Below, in pieces: positions 1 through 12,078 of a DNA stretch of 64,000 bases. Below the pieces are notes generated by a model. That model worked only from the letters and a program-made list of their open reading frames with translations, made no database searches and had not been told where the DNA came from. This stretch comes from Azolla caroliniana. Lineage: Eukaryota > Plantae > Polypodiophyta. The stretch spans positions 7,936,001 to 8,000,000 of the forward strand of contig JBHGNT010000017.1 of NCBI GenBank assembly GCA_043228905.1, given 5' to 3'. Position numbers and translations under genes: made by a program. The stretch's first letter is position 1; each line of letters starts with the position of its first letter.

Positions 1-590
1 CAACCGATAATGTCGTAAATGGAATGACCAAGTGTCTTCCGGCGGATCGCTTCCGGTCCCTTCGGCACCAGATTGGCGTAACGAAAAATCGGTCTGGTTA
101 AAGTCGGACACATAGCACAGGATGATTTCGGACAACTGACATCGGTTCTTTGAGGATCAACTTCAACTCTTCCGACCCGACCGGTTCGGTCTTCTGTCTT
201 TAGATCTGGCCGACTCGAAAAAAATCGATCTGTCCGATAAACCTTGCATATACCTGTAATTTCAGATAACCCATGTATACGCCCATTATGGGTGAGTGTC
301 GAATACGAGTGTATAATGGCTGTATTCACATTGTCCCTTTGGACAACCCAAGTTTGGGCCATTTCTGTAAATAGCATAAAGGGTAGTTGCCCTAGGATAG
401 TCACTATATAAAGTGACTTTGTAACTCTTATTAAAAGGGTTGGCTGTCATTTGTGACTGTTGCTATTAAGAAATAAAACGTTTTTTTGTGCCTCTCTCTC
501 TCTCTCTGTACCTTGTTCATTCTCATATACAGGTCCTTCAACATCGCAAATGTTGTTTGTTCTTCCGCAGTGACGACCTTGTCCCCAACA
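1..590 (+). mobile_element. 3' end of a Ty1/copia LTR retrotransposon (RNase H C-terminus plus 3' LTR ending at 590)
   Basis: 3-100 reads TDNVVNGMTKCLPADRFRSLRHQIGVTKNRSG*, like the copia RNase H end (NxADxxTKxL). An LTR-like region follows, with a TATA box at about 405-412, a (CT)n tract and the terminus ...CCCCAACA at 590. The LTR 5' boundary is unresolved. Confidence 0.7.
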
Positions 591-1817
591 CCAGGAGTGG
601 GGGAGGACCCCTCGATAACCCTACAAGAGGAGATTGCCGCACAACAGGCCATCACTGCTAAAACAAAAAGGGCTACGCAACTTGCGGAGTCCGAGATTGA
701 CCACCTCCACTCCGAACTCCGCCAATCCTCTGATAGAGAAAAGGACATCCGGGCCAAAGGCCAAAAGGCAGTGAAGGCACTAGAAGAGAAACTCAAAGCG
801 GAGGCAGCAGCGCACACCTGCATGAAAGAAGAGAACACCAAACTACAAGAGGAAGCCCAAAAGTCGGTAGCGGCGATCGCAGGACTCCGAGCGTTATTGG
901 AAAAGAAAAAAGCGTGGTACGACGAGTAGCTCGTACGAGAATAGGAGGTGAGGGATCAGGTCGAAGTCCGCCTGAACAATGAAATGGGCCAACTGGAGGA
1001 ATTACACTCGAAAGAATCTCAGATATGGGCAGGGATGAAGAACCATTATGAGGAAGCGGTTGTGGTTAATAAGCAAGAAATTGAAAACCTCAAAAAAACC
1101 CTGGAAGAAGCGCAGAAACCACTGCCAAGTAATAACCGACAACGTACGCGTACTTCTTCAACAAATCGAGATAGGTTTACAATGCAATTACAAGCGGCGC
1201 TAGACAAAGGCTGGATGGCGTGGGCAACACAAGCGGCGGAGTTGCATACCTACTGGGCGGACTAGGAGAATCGTAGGAAAGAAGGCTGAGGTTTCTATAA
1301 ACTCAATGAGGAAGGCATTGCGGTAATACACGAGGACCTAGCACAAGATTATTGCACGCTAGCGGACCAACACTCTGAGGAACTCGTGCAGCTACTGGAA
1401 GATTTCGGCGAAAGTCAGGAGGATATGTTTCACCGAATCATGGACGAAGGTAGCACGCGGCAAAGAGCGGAGCCCATCGCGATACCAGATAGCGATACCT
1501 CTGATCAGGAGGAACTGCAACCCAATTCACCGGAGATGACAACTACGGCCGACAACACTGAGGAAGTTACGGACAGGACAAAGCCTTAGCCTACCGAGAG
1601 CCCGCAGACGAAAGAGCCAGCCACAGTAGAACGAAATGAGCCAACAGAGTCGGCTCCACCAATGCAGGGAGAAGTTGACGCCGTGGAAACAACCACGACG
1701 ACCAAGCAAGTACAACACATGCAAGTGAGCAAGGACGCACCTACGGGCACTACACCGTCCCCAGACCAGTACGTAGGAGCAGAACCAAACATCCAGGATA
1801 TTTTGAAGAAGGAATAG
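591..1817 (+). pseudogene. Degraded >400-codon coiled-coil/acidic ORF, probably an accessory ORF 3' of pol in a gypsy-like element
   Basis: ORFs 486-929, 948-1265, 1386-1589 and the 1590-1817 continuation share one frame. It is broken only by point stops (927, 942, 1263, 1287, 1587). The N-terminal part is E/K/Q/A-rich heptad-like and the tail is P/T/E-rich. A purine tract and an LTR-like segment follow. Confidence 0.55.
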
Positions 1818-1822
1818 AGGGA

Positions 1823-2320
1823 TGGGTTCGACGTGCCATGGCACTGTCCCACAGGCGTGCCAGGTGTTGTCCACCAGAATCGTAACCGACGGACAAAAGC
1901 ACAGAAGTATTATAATATAGTAAAGCGTTAAGAAACGAATGTAACCGTTCAAGCGGGAAGAGTGAACGGCTAAAAGCCCTGTGTATATAAAGGGCAGAAA
2001 TCCTCTATAAGAGGTAGTGTGTAATTTTGAGTGCAGGACGTTTTTCTAATAGAATCCTATCTTCTCTGACCTTTGTGTATATCTGTTTCTATCTGCGTGA
2101 CAATCCATTTTTACTCTTCTGCGTACTGTTTAAATCGTAAGTGTGTGTACTAGTGCACTTCCTAAGGAGTTCGGTTGTAGCCATCTCCCTTATATGCTAC
2201 CAAGATATGAGGTGGTATCCCATTACTCCTTACGCGAAGACGATTCCATTCCTTGTAACACGATCACCTTGAGGTCTACCTTGAAGGACTAAGCATAGAC
2301 AATGTTCCTAATCGGTAACA
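1823..2320 (+). repeat. LTR (probable 3' LTR of a gypsy-like element inserted into the RT of copia A)
   Basis: Follows the purine run GAAGAAGGAATAGAGGGA, contains TATATAAA at about 1984, and ends ...ATCGGTAACA exactly where the minus-strand copia RT frame (…WEAIKHISRCLRGPKVEG) is cut. The 5' boundary is uncertain. Confidence 0.55.
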
Positions 2321-4289
2321 CCTTCAACTTTAGGTCCTCTAAGACACCTAGAGATGTGCTTGATGGCCTCCCAATGCTTCCATATTGGGTTCGACATGTA
2401 GCGGCTGACAAACCCTACAACATAGGCAAGGTCAAGTCGGGTCGTCACCATCGTGTACATGATACATCCTATGGCTGATGCATAAGGTATCTTCCTATTG
2501 ATCTCTTTCTCCTTGTCCATTGAAGGAAAGTCTCTGTCTGATAGTCGAATCGATGTCGGAAGCGATGTTGGTGCAGGCTTCGTGTTTTCCATATTGAAAC
2601 GCCTCAACACCTTTCAGATGTAGTCGGATTGGGAGAGCCGAAGAGTATTTGTCTTCCGATTTTGCTTGATCCTCATGCCCAGTATGTGTCGGGCTTGTCC
2701 GAGTTCCTTCATCGCGAACTTGTCATGAAGGTTCCTCCCCCATCGCTGTCTTGACATCTAACTGCTCGAGCTCTAGATCTTCGGTTGCAACAAAGGGTGG
2801 TCATCTTGACTACTAGTGAGAATATCTCGTCATAGTTGACCCCATGTTCTTGTTTGAATCCCTTGGGGATGAGCCGAACTTTGTATTTGGGCTTTTCTGA
2901 ATCAGATACATATTTGTATCGAAAGATCCATTTACAGGGCAACAACTTTCTCCTAGCTGGTAACTAGACCAGCTCCCATGTCCAATTTTGATGAATCAAG
3001 TCCATCTCGGATTTCATGGCTTGCAGCCATGTGTCGGCGTCTGGTTCGGCTATGGCTTCCTCGTAGGAGCTCGGTTTGCCTACGTCCGTGTAGTTGACGA
3101 AGTGGAGGCCTGGCTCTAGAACTTTGTCGGCCTTTGGACTTGTCCGGATCTCTTGGATGTTGCTTTTGTCGGTTTGATCTCTTCAATAGGCTTGGTTGGC
3201 CGATCGGTATTGTTTAAACCGGCTTCAGGAATCCTATTGGATGACTCGCCCTTGTAATAGGAATTCGGTGATGTTGAATCATCCTCCCCTATTTTGGGAT
3301 TGATTGACATAGTAGCCTTTGCCTTGGTCATTTTGACTTTGTCTTTGTTAGTTCTGGTCAATCTCGTAGACAAATCAATTTTGACTAGTGAACCTCTTGC
3401 TGATTTAGAGTCGGTAGGGATGGTGTCAGCTCGGTCGATTTCGACTATTTGTCAAATCTCCAATTCGGCCCGGTGTGTCGGACCCTCTACGACACCTCTG
3501 TCAATTTCAAATGAGACATTTTTTACGACTATTTTCTACTTGTTCCGCTTAGAGAGAATCGAGTCTTCATTGAAAACTATGTCATTGCTTCGGATAAATT
3601 TCCGGTTCTTTGGGTCCCATAGTCGGTAGCTGAATTCCCCGTCAGTTCCATAACCCAGGAATATGCATTTTGTTGCATGGGGCACCAACTTGGCCATTTT
3701 CTCCTTGGGGATGAATGCATAGGCTTCACATCCGAATATATGTAGTAGTGGTTGTGGCACTTTGAGCTGCACTGCCCTCGATGGTGATAGATTTACCAGA
3801 TATACTACCGTCTGCAGTGCTTCGGCCTAGAATTCCAACTTCAGTTCAGATTGCTAGAGCATTGCCATTACCCTCTCCTAGATCGTTCAGTTGATCTGTT
3901 TTGCCACTCCATTCTACATGGGTGTGTATGGAAAAGTCTTTTGGTGCCGGATCCCTTTCTCGGATAGGTATTGTTTGAAGGCTCGAGAGGTGTATTTGCC
4001 TCCGTTATTGGATTAGAATGTCTTTACTCTATATCCTGATTGGTTCTCCATTTCAGTTGTTCACTCAGTGAAGACCTCGAGCACTTCGTCTTTCGACCTA
4101 ATTGAGTAGGCCCAAACCTTCCGTGTACAGTCATCTACGAATGTGAAGAAGTATTGGGAGCCTCCTAATGATTGCTCGGGTAGAGGTCCACATATATATA
4201 TGTGCACGAGCTCTAGGGGATGTCGTACCATCTCGTAGTGAAGAGAGTGCAGTGTTGGGAGACAGGTCCCTCCGGATGGGAAACGGTAT

Positions 4290-4505
4290 AAGGAGAACCC
4301 GGCTACGGAGACCCGAATGATACAGACCCGGTGAAGACCGGATGAGGAGTACCCGGCTACGGAGAGCCGGATGGTGCAGGCCCGGTGTGAACCGGATGAG
4401 GAGTACCCGGCTACGGAGAGCCGGATGGTGCAGGCCCGGTGTGAACCGGATGAGGAGTACCCGGCTACGAAGAGCCGGATGGTGCAGAACCGGTGAGAAC
4501 CGGAG
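4290..4505 (+). repeat. 54-bp tandem repeat x4 in the 5' LTR U3 of B1
   Basis: Unit GAGGAGTACCCGGCTACGGAGAGCCGGATGGTGCAGGCCCGGTGTGAACCGGAT. Confidence 0.95.
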
Positions 4506-4990
4506 GAAGAGACATATTCGTAAATATGTTTCTGAGAGCCCATCGAGGCTATATTTGTAAATAGCCGAAAAGTCATATTAGTATAAATATGACTTAGGGC
4601 AAACTTTTAGTGTGTGGTTGTCATTTTCTGCTTTGCACGAGATTAGTGTGCGTAACTGTACAGAGAGAGAGAGAGTGAGAGAAAGAGGTCGTTCCCTCTG
4701 TTGTAACCGCCGCCTGTGGCGAAGATTCGTGAGTCCAAGGTCGTTGCCTCCGTGAACTCACTGTTTTGTACATTCTTACATAGTGACAGTTTGCAGCCTG
4801 TGGGCTGCCGTGGTTCTTTCCCCTAGTTTGGGGTTTTCCACGTAAATCTCCTGTGCATTCTCACCTTCTTTGTGTCGCGTTTTATTTCCCGTTTTCTGTG
4901 TATCATTCTAAGCTCGGTTGTGGCCGAGCCTTGCGCATAAGGAACGTTGGGTTCCCGTCAAGTGGTATCAAAGCGAAATCGACACAGAAA

Positions 4991-7900
4991 ATGGACGAAT
5001 CGTTTGGCGGCATGTTCAAGCTCACCGGCTCCAACTATTCAGTGTGGAAGTCGAAGATGAGGGACATGCTTTTAGTCGATAGACCCACTTACACGGAAGA
5101 GCACGTCGATTCTTTGGTAATTCGACCAAGTCCCAAGTCTTGTTTGCACAAATGGAGTGCATTTTCGACTCCATCGCCAAATGCCAGGTGTTTGAGTCGG
5201 TAGATGCCGATGCTTCTTCATAAGATGTCGGTTCACCAGCGTCGGTGAAGAAAGACCTCTGGCAGCTGGTTCAGTTCGGGGACAAGAGACTGGACAAAAT
5301 CGACGCCGCGATATGGGAGGTGATGCACATGAAGACAACGGCGTACATACGGTGCTTCATCGACATGAGCCTGTACAACAACTTCAATGAAGAGAGCAAG
5401 GCTCATGAGCTCTGGGAGAAGATCAACATAATGTTCCAAAACAAAAATGCTGTTAATCAGGTTTCGGTATTCCGGAAGCTAGTAAGACTCCGTTACCAAG
5501 ATGGCTCCAGCATGGCGGAGCATATGAATGCCTTCCAGGGGCTGATACACCAGGCAACGTCATTGGAAGTACCTCTTGCCGATGAAGTATTAGCGCTACT
5601 CCTGCTCGGTTCCCTCCCGGATAGCTGGGAGACGTTGGTTGTCACTTTGGGCAACGCCGGGCCGGAAGGAAAACGGTTATCCCTAGCAAGAGTAAAGTTG
5701 AGCTTGCTAGATGAGGAGGTGCGTCGGAAAGACAAAGATACGAGCTCCGACTCCAAAGCGCTTCTTACCGAATCGGAACGCGGAAGACATAGAAACCGTA
5801 GTCCCCAGAACTGGGAGAAGTCGGGGACACGGTCAAAGTCAAGGGGGAGGCCTACTTGCTTCTATTGCGGCAAGCTGGGACACTTCCAAAAGAACTGTCG
5901 GCATTTCCGTAAAGACAAAGAAACCGACGGTACCGATTCGAAGCAAACCCCGGACCAGAACGGTAAAGACCGGAATGGTAAAGACCGGAAGGGGACGGAC
6001 CGGAAGGGATCGACAACAATCGCGGCAAGTGAAGAAGAGTTGATGCTCATCACCGAGGAGAGTGAGATAAACCTTGCCGGCGGCGAGATGACCTGGGTGG
6101 TAGACTCTGGAGCGTCGTTCCACCTTACCCCAGACCGGAAATGCTTCTCATCCTACTCAGCCGGTGACCACGGTTGTGTCCGGATGGGGAATGAAGGTAC
6201 ATGCCGAATTATCGGCATAGGAGACGTGTGGCTGACAACACCAACCGGATGCAAGTTGCTGTTGAAGGATGTCCGACACGTTCCAGAAGTTCGTCTGAAC
6301 CTGATATCAGCCGGTCGGCTAGATGATGAAGGCTACACGGATAGCATCCGGAACGGTGTCATGAAGTTCAGCAAAGGGAGCCTGATTGTGGCTCGGGCCC
6401 GGAAGGTCAACACGTTGTACTTGATGAATGCCCGGTTATGTCCGGAAGAAGTGAACGTGGCATCCGACACTGCCGGTGAGCTGTGGCACAAGAGGTTGTG
6501 TCATATGAGCGAGAAGGGGATGAAGAGGCTTGCAGACGACAACCTCATTCCAGTGAAGAACGTGCACTTACAGAAGTGCACTGATTGTCTGGCCGGTAAG
6601 TAGAACCGGACCTCCTTCCAACCAAGGCCACCGATGAGACGTAATGCACCACTGGAGTTGGTGCATACAGATGTGTGTCAGGTAGACACGAAGTCACATG
6701 CCGGAGCGCAGTACTTCGTGACGTTCATAGATGACCACAGCCGGAATCTATGGGTCATACCGTTGAAGACGAAGGATCAGGTGTTATCCGTCTTCAAAGA
6801 GCTCCACGCGAGAGTGGAAAGAGAAACCGGCCGGAAGCTGAAGGCGATTCGAGCAGATAACGGAGGAGAGTACCGGGGGCAGTTCGAGGAGTACTGCCGC
6901 TCGAAGGGAATCCGGCTCGAATTTACCGTGCCGAAGACACCAGAACTAAACGGACTGGCCGAGAGGATGAACCGGACCATAATGGAGAGGGTTCGGAGTA
7001 TGCTAGCGTATGCTAGCAGAGGCACTGTCGACGACGACATATGTGATAAACAGATCACCCTCAGTACCCTTGGACGGAGACACGCCACAGAGAGTATGGA
7101 CCGGTAAGGAAGTGTCCTACCGGCATCTGAGGGTGTTCGGGTGTCTCGCGTACGTGCATGTAGCAAAGGACTGGAGAGGAAAGTTAGATCCAAAGACCCG
7201 ACCATGCATATTCCTCGGTTACGGTGACGATGAGTTTGGCTACCGAGTGTGGGACCCGGTCGACAAGAAGGTATTCCGGAGTCGAGATATTATCTTCATG
7301 GAGGACAAGACGCTCGCCGACTGGGAGTCGGAGAAGAAGATAATGAACTCCGAGTCGACCGGTAAGGATAGAGTCTACGATGAGCAGACCCAACCGGCAA
7401 GAGACCGGTTAGCACTCGAGGAACCAGCCGGTTACGGTGAGGATACCGAACCGGCAGAAGAAGAAGTAGAGGAAGCTGAGACCGAAACCGGTCAAGACCC
7501 CGAATCGGATTCGGAGGAAGAGCAAATGGAGGAGCTGGTTACCGAAGCCCGAAGACGTAGATATCCTCTCAGAGAGAGAAGGGCGCCCCGGAGATTTCCG
7601 GATGCAGAGCATGTTCTGCTAACCGATGAGGGGGAGCCGGAAAGCTTCGAAGAAGCGAAGGAAGACACTCACAACCGAAAATGGTTAAGTGCCATGCAGG
7701 ATGAGATGGATTCCCTGTATGAGAACCATACGTACGAATTGGTGGAGCTGCCGAAAGGAAAGTGGGCACTCCGAAACAAGTGGGTCTACAAGTTGAAACC
7801 GGGAGATGCCGGCAACCCCCGAGATACAAAGCCAGGATCGTGGTGAAGGGGTTCCAGCAGAAGAAGGGCGTGGACTTCGACGAGATATTCGCCCCGGTAG

Positions 7901-9206
7901 TAAAGATGACCTCCATCCGGACGGTGCTGAGTATAGCAACAAGCATGGACCTCGAGGTAGAGCAGCTGGACGTGAAGACGACATTCCTTCACGGCGACCT
8001 CGAAGAGGAGATCTACATGCAACAACAGGAAGGATTTGTGGAGAAAGGGAAGGAACACCTGGTATGCCGGTTGAAGAAGAGCCTATACGGACTGAAGCAG
8101 ACTCCCCCCGGCAATGGTATCGGAAGTTCGACTCCTTCATGACCGATCAAGGGTACCACAAGACGCAGACCGATCACTACGTGTTTGTGAAGAAGTTCGA
8201 AGGAGGGGACTTCCTGATACTCCTCCTATACGTGGATGACATGTTGATCGTCGGATGGGACCAAGTCAAAATACGGATGCTGAAGAAGGCTCTCAACCGG
8301 ACCTTCTCAATGAAAGACTTGGGTCCGGCAAGACAGATGCTGGGGATGCACATCATTCGGGACCAGTCAGTGAAGCAATTACGACTGTCACAGGAGAAGT
8401 ACGTGACAAAGGTGCTTCACCGGTTCAACATGTCAGATGTGAAACCGGTCGGATCGACACTTCCTGCAAACTGCAAGCTGTCCGGCAAGCAAAGCCCGAA
8501 GACGAAAGCAGAGAAGGTGGAAATGATGAAGATCCCATATGCCTCTGCCGTCGGAAGCTTGATGTACGCAATGGTTTGTACCCGACCGGACATAGGATAC
8601 GCAGTCAGAATGGTGAGCCGGTTTATGAGCAATCCCGGCAAGGAGCACTGGAACGCGGTCAAATGGATACTCCGGTATTTGAAGGGCACTTCAAATATGT
8701 GTCTCCGATTCGGCTCTGGAAAACCTCAACTGGACGGTTTCACCGATTCGGACATGTCGACTGATGTGGATACCAGCTGGTCTACATCCGGGTATGTAAT
8801 GACATATGCAGGGGGAGCTGTTTCGTGGCAGTCGAGGCTGCAGAAGACGGTTGCATTGTCAACCACGGAGGCGGAGTACATGGCGGCTGTGGAAGCCGGC
8901 AAGGAAATTTTATGGATGAAGGACTTCATCGGAGAGCTCGGTATACGGCAAGAGGAATACCGACTCTATTGCGACAATCAAAATGCTATCCACCTTGCTA
9001 AAAATGCGGCCTACCATTCCCGGATGAAGCATATCCAGCGGAGGTATCACTGGATCCGGGAAAGAGTAGATGACCAGGAGTTCGCACTGACGAAGATCCA
9101 CATGGCCGAGAACAGGTCAGATATGCTGACCAAAGTGCTGACACCCGACAAGCTGGATGCATGCCGGAAGAGAATCGGACTGGTAAGACACCCCATGCCG
9201 GAGTGA
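4991..9206 (+). pseudogene. gag-pol of B1 (Gag, CCHC knuckle, protease, integrase, RT, RNase H)
   Basis: Motifs CFYCGKLGHFQKNC, WVVDSGAS, LWHKRLCH, HTDVC…FIDDHS…ADNGGEY…ERMNRT, LLYVDDML, STTEAEY and YCDNQ. Disrupted by a 180-bp insert at 5071-5250, a TAG at 6601, and frameshifts near 7010, 7815 and 8105. Confidence 0.95.
5071..5250 (-). other. 180-bp captured fragment of a foreign copia RT N-terminus inside B1 gag
   Basis: The minus strand reads FTDAGEPTSYEEASASTDSNTWHLAMESKMHSICANKTWDLVELPKNRRALPCKWVYRL. It replaces about 7 bp of the MRDML|VV|KDLW sequence seen in other B copies. No TSD. Confidence 0.85.
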
Positions 9207-9253
9207 AGGGGGAGTTTGTTGGGAGACAGGTCCCTCCGGATGGGAAACGGTAT

Positions 9254-9523
9254 GAGGAGAACCCGGCTACGAAGAGCCGGATGATACAGACCCGGTGAAG
9301 ACTGGATGAGAAGTACCCGGCTACGGAGAGGCGGATGGTGCAGACCTGGTGAAGACCGGATGAGGAGTACCCGGCTACGGAGAGCCGAATGGTGCAGGCC
9401 CGGTGTGAACCGGATGAGGAGTACCCGGCTACGGAGAGCCGGATGGTGCAGGCCCGGTGTGAACCAGATGAGGAGTACCCGGCTACGGAGAGCCGGATGG
9501 TGCAGAACCGGTGAGAACCGGAG
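9254..9523 (+). repeat. 54-bp tandem repeat x5 in the 3' LTR U3 of B1
   Basis: Same unit as 4290-4505 with one extra copy. Confidence 0.95.
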
Positions 9524-12078
9524 GAAGAGACATATTCGTAAATATGTTTCTGAGAGCCCATCGAGGCTATATTTATAAATAGCCGAAAAGTCATATTAGT
9601 ATAAATATGACTTAGGGCAAACTTTTAGTGTGTGGTTGTCATTTTCTGCTTTGCACGAGATTAGTGTGCGTAATTGTCGTTGCCTTCGTGAACTCACTGT
9701 TTTGTACATTCTTACATAGTGACAGTTTGCAGCCTGTGGGCTGACGTGGTTTTTTCCCCTAGTTTGGGGTTTTCCACGTAAACCTCCTATGCATTCTCAC
9801 CTTCTTTGTGTCACGTTTTATTTCCCGTTTTCTGTGTATCATTCTAAGCTCGGTTGTGGCCGAGCCTTGCGCATAAGGAACGTTGGGTTCCCGTCATGTA
9901 GACTTCGGGTCTGTTTCCTATATCGACAATGCTCACAGAAGTCTGTCTTTTTTTGGAGTTTCGGGATATAGCCGACTGCCATTAGCCGGTCTAGTCCGGC
10001 TTGCAACATATGACCGAGTCAGCCATGCCATAGGTTCGGGTAGGTCGATTCGGCTACGTTGACTACCCTTTTTGGGCTGATCGCCATCAGTGGCAACAAC
10101 TTGTATCCATTCCCGATTTTCAGACTTCCTTGGCTGATCATCCATGTCGACTCACTGAGAGTCGTTCGGTACCCATCTTTGGCTAACATGCTGATGGAGA
10201 CCAGACTCCTTTCAAGCTTGGATACATGGTAGACCTTCTGTAGGGTGATGGTATTGCCATTCAACAATTGGATGGGGACTTCTCTAATCCATGCGATTGT
10301 GTAGTCCTACCCATTGCCTAGTCGGACTGTGTCGTTGGTGCCAACCGAATAGTTTGAAAACCATTCGATGTTTGGGGTCACGTGAAATGTGGCACCGGAG
10401 TCCAGTAGCCACATTTTTGTGTCTTGCTCACTATACAGGACTTCTCCGATCATCGAGCACTCTATAGAAAGGATTTCTCTTCATCGAGAGTTAGTGACAT
10501 TGATTTGGTTGCCAATTGAAGAGTGGTTCGAGTCAGATCGTTCTAAGTTCCACTCGAATTGGCTACCGTTCTCCTTCCTTTTGATCGACCAACAATGAGA
10601 AATATTGTGACCAGTTTTTCTACAATGGGTGTAGAAATCACTTGATTGACTATTCCTCGATTTAGACTGTTGTCGGTCTCCCCTCTTTCTCAGTTGACTG
10701 GTGTTTCGATCGCTTCTTTTGGCTTGTTCTCTCAATCAGCTCGGTCGAGTGGTGTGCCTCTGCCAACTTGTCGATGGTGAGCTCCATGGATTTTTGCGTA
10801 ATGTCCTCAGTGAGGACTTGTCCGATTGTCTCATCTAGATTTAGATTCGGACAACTATTAGCGAAGGTCGTGCAGAACACTTCCCAACTCACCAGCAAGC
10901 TCTAAAGGAGGGCAAGGGCTTTCACTTCTTCTTCGAAGTTGATCCCTTGGGAAGAGAGTTCAGACAACACCTGATTGAAGGTGTTGATGTGGTAGGTTCC
11001 TGGATCTGTCTCTTTCATCTTCATGTTGAATAATTGTCGGATCAATATCAACTTTGAAGAGGAAGACTTCTTCTCATAAGAACCTATAAATTCTCCCACA
11101 AAGAGAATGTTGTTGTCTCCTTGTCCCTATTGAAATACATGTTTTCCTCCAGGTGCATCCGAATGGTGACGCGTGCGATTTCGTCTATGGATCTCCACTC
11201 TTCAGCAGACATTGAAGTAGGCTTTTCACTATGCCGGATGGCTTCAACCTGTCTTCGAATGATTAGCACATCTTGCATCATCTCCTTCCATAGGGCATAA
11301 TTTTTTCCGTCGAACTTTCGGATTTCAACTCTGGTACTAGATGTTGAAGTCATGTTCTTTTGGAAGTGAGATTTACTGACCTAGTATTTTCTTTCAGCTG
11401 GACGACTCCTCTTCTTGGTCTTCTCTACCTTTCATTGCCGCTGAACAACATGTCACTTTGATACCAGTTCAAGGAGGATATGCGGAAGTATGTGAGAGAA
11501 CCTGTTTGTTGATGCACAACAAACAACACACATATGTAATGATAATGGAAAGAAAGAATAGACACACTTTCAGATCTTCAATGGAAGTTCTTTGTTGAGA
11601 GACAAGATCAACATGGGCCGAATCGGCTGAAGAAGTCGAGAGCTGGGAGCCGGGAGCCGGATCGAATAGAGTTCGATTTAGGTGTGCCGAGTCGGATGAA
11701 ATCCGAAAAGGTTATTGAAGGCCTATATTCCTATTATAGAAAATAGAAATATTGTAGGTAGAATTAGAGTCAGGCTCATTTATGACCATTCAAGTACTGA
11801 TGGTACTTGTGTCAGCCCACTCGTCAAGGGTCTATATATAAATTGCACTCTGAGCACTGTTGTACGTACTGAGTCTTTTTGTAATCAAAATATTGTTGTG
11901 TGCTCTACTCAATCTCTCTCTCTCTCTCTCTCTCTCATTGTATATCCATTCTTTGTGTTTACTTAACTGTCGCGTTTCCGAAACGGACTTTGTACTCGGT
12001 GTCTATCGCACACGCTTCTGCACACATACTCTTTCTCATGCTATCAAAGTGCGAGGGTTGAGAATCCTCTGCAACTGA

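Larger units (their letters stand above)
4253..9896 (+). mobile_element. Copia element B1, full-length with both LTRs, non-functional
   Basis: LTRs 4253-4960 and 9217-9896 (TG...CA). PBS TGGTATCAAAGC at 4963-4974 (tRNA-iMet type). PPT GAAGGGGGAG at 9205-9214. TSD TGCAG/TGTAG. Confidence 0.97.

Noticed and set aside
4290-4505. 54-bp periodic repeats as a CRISPR array or an 18-aa repeat protein (ORFs 4061-4576, 8998-9594)
   Set aside because: The units are contiguous with no unique spacers, there are no cas genes, and they lie inside LTR U3. The ORFs are by-products of the repeat.
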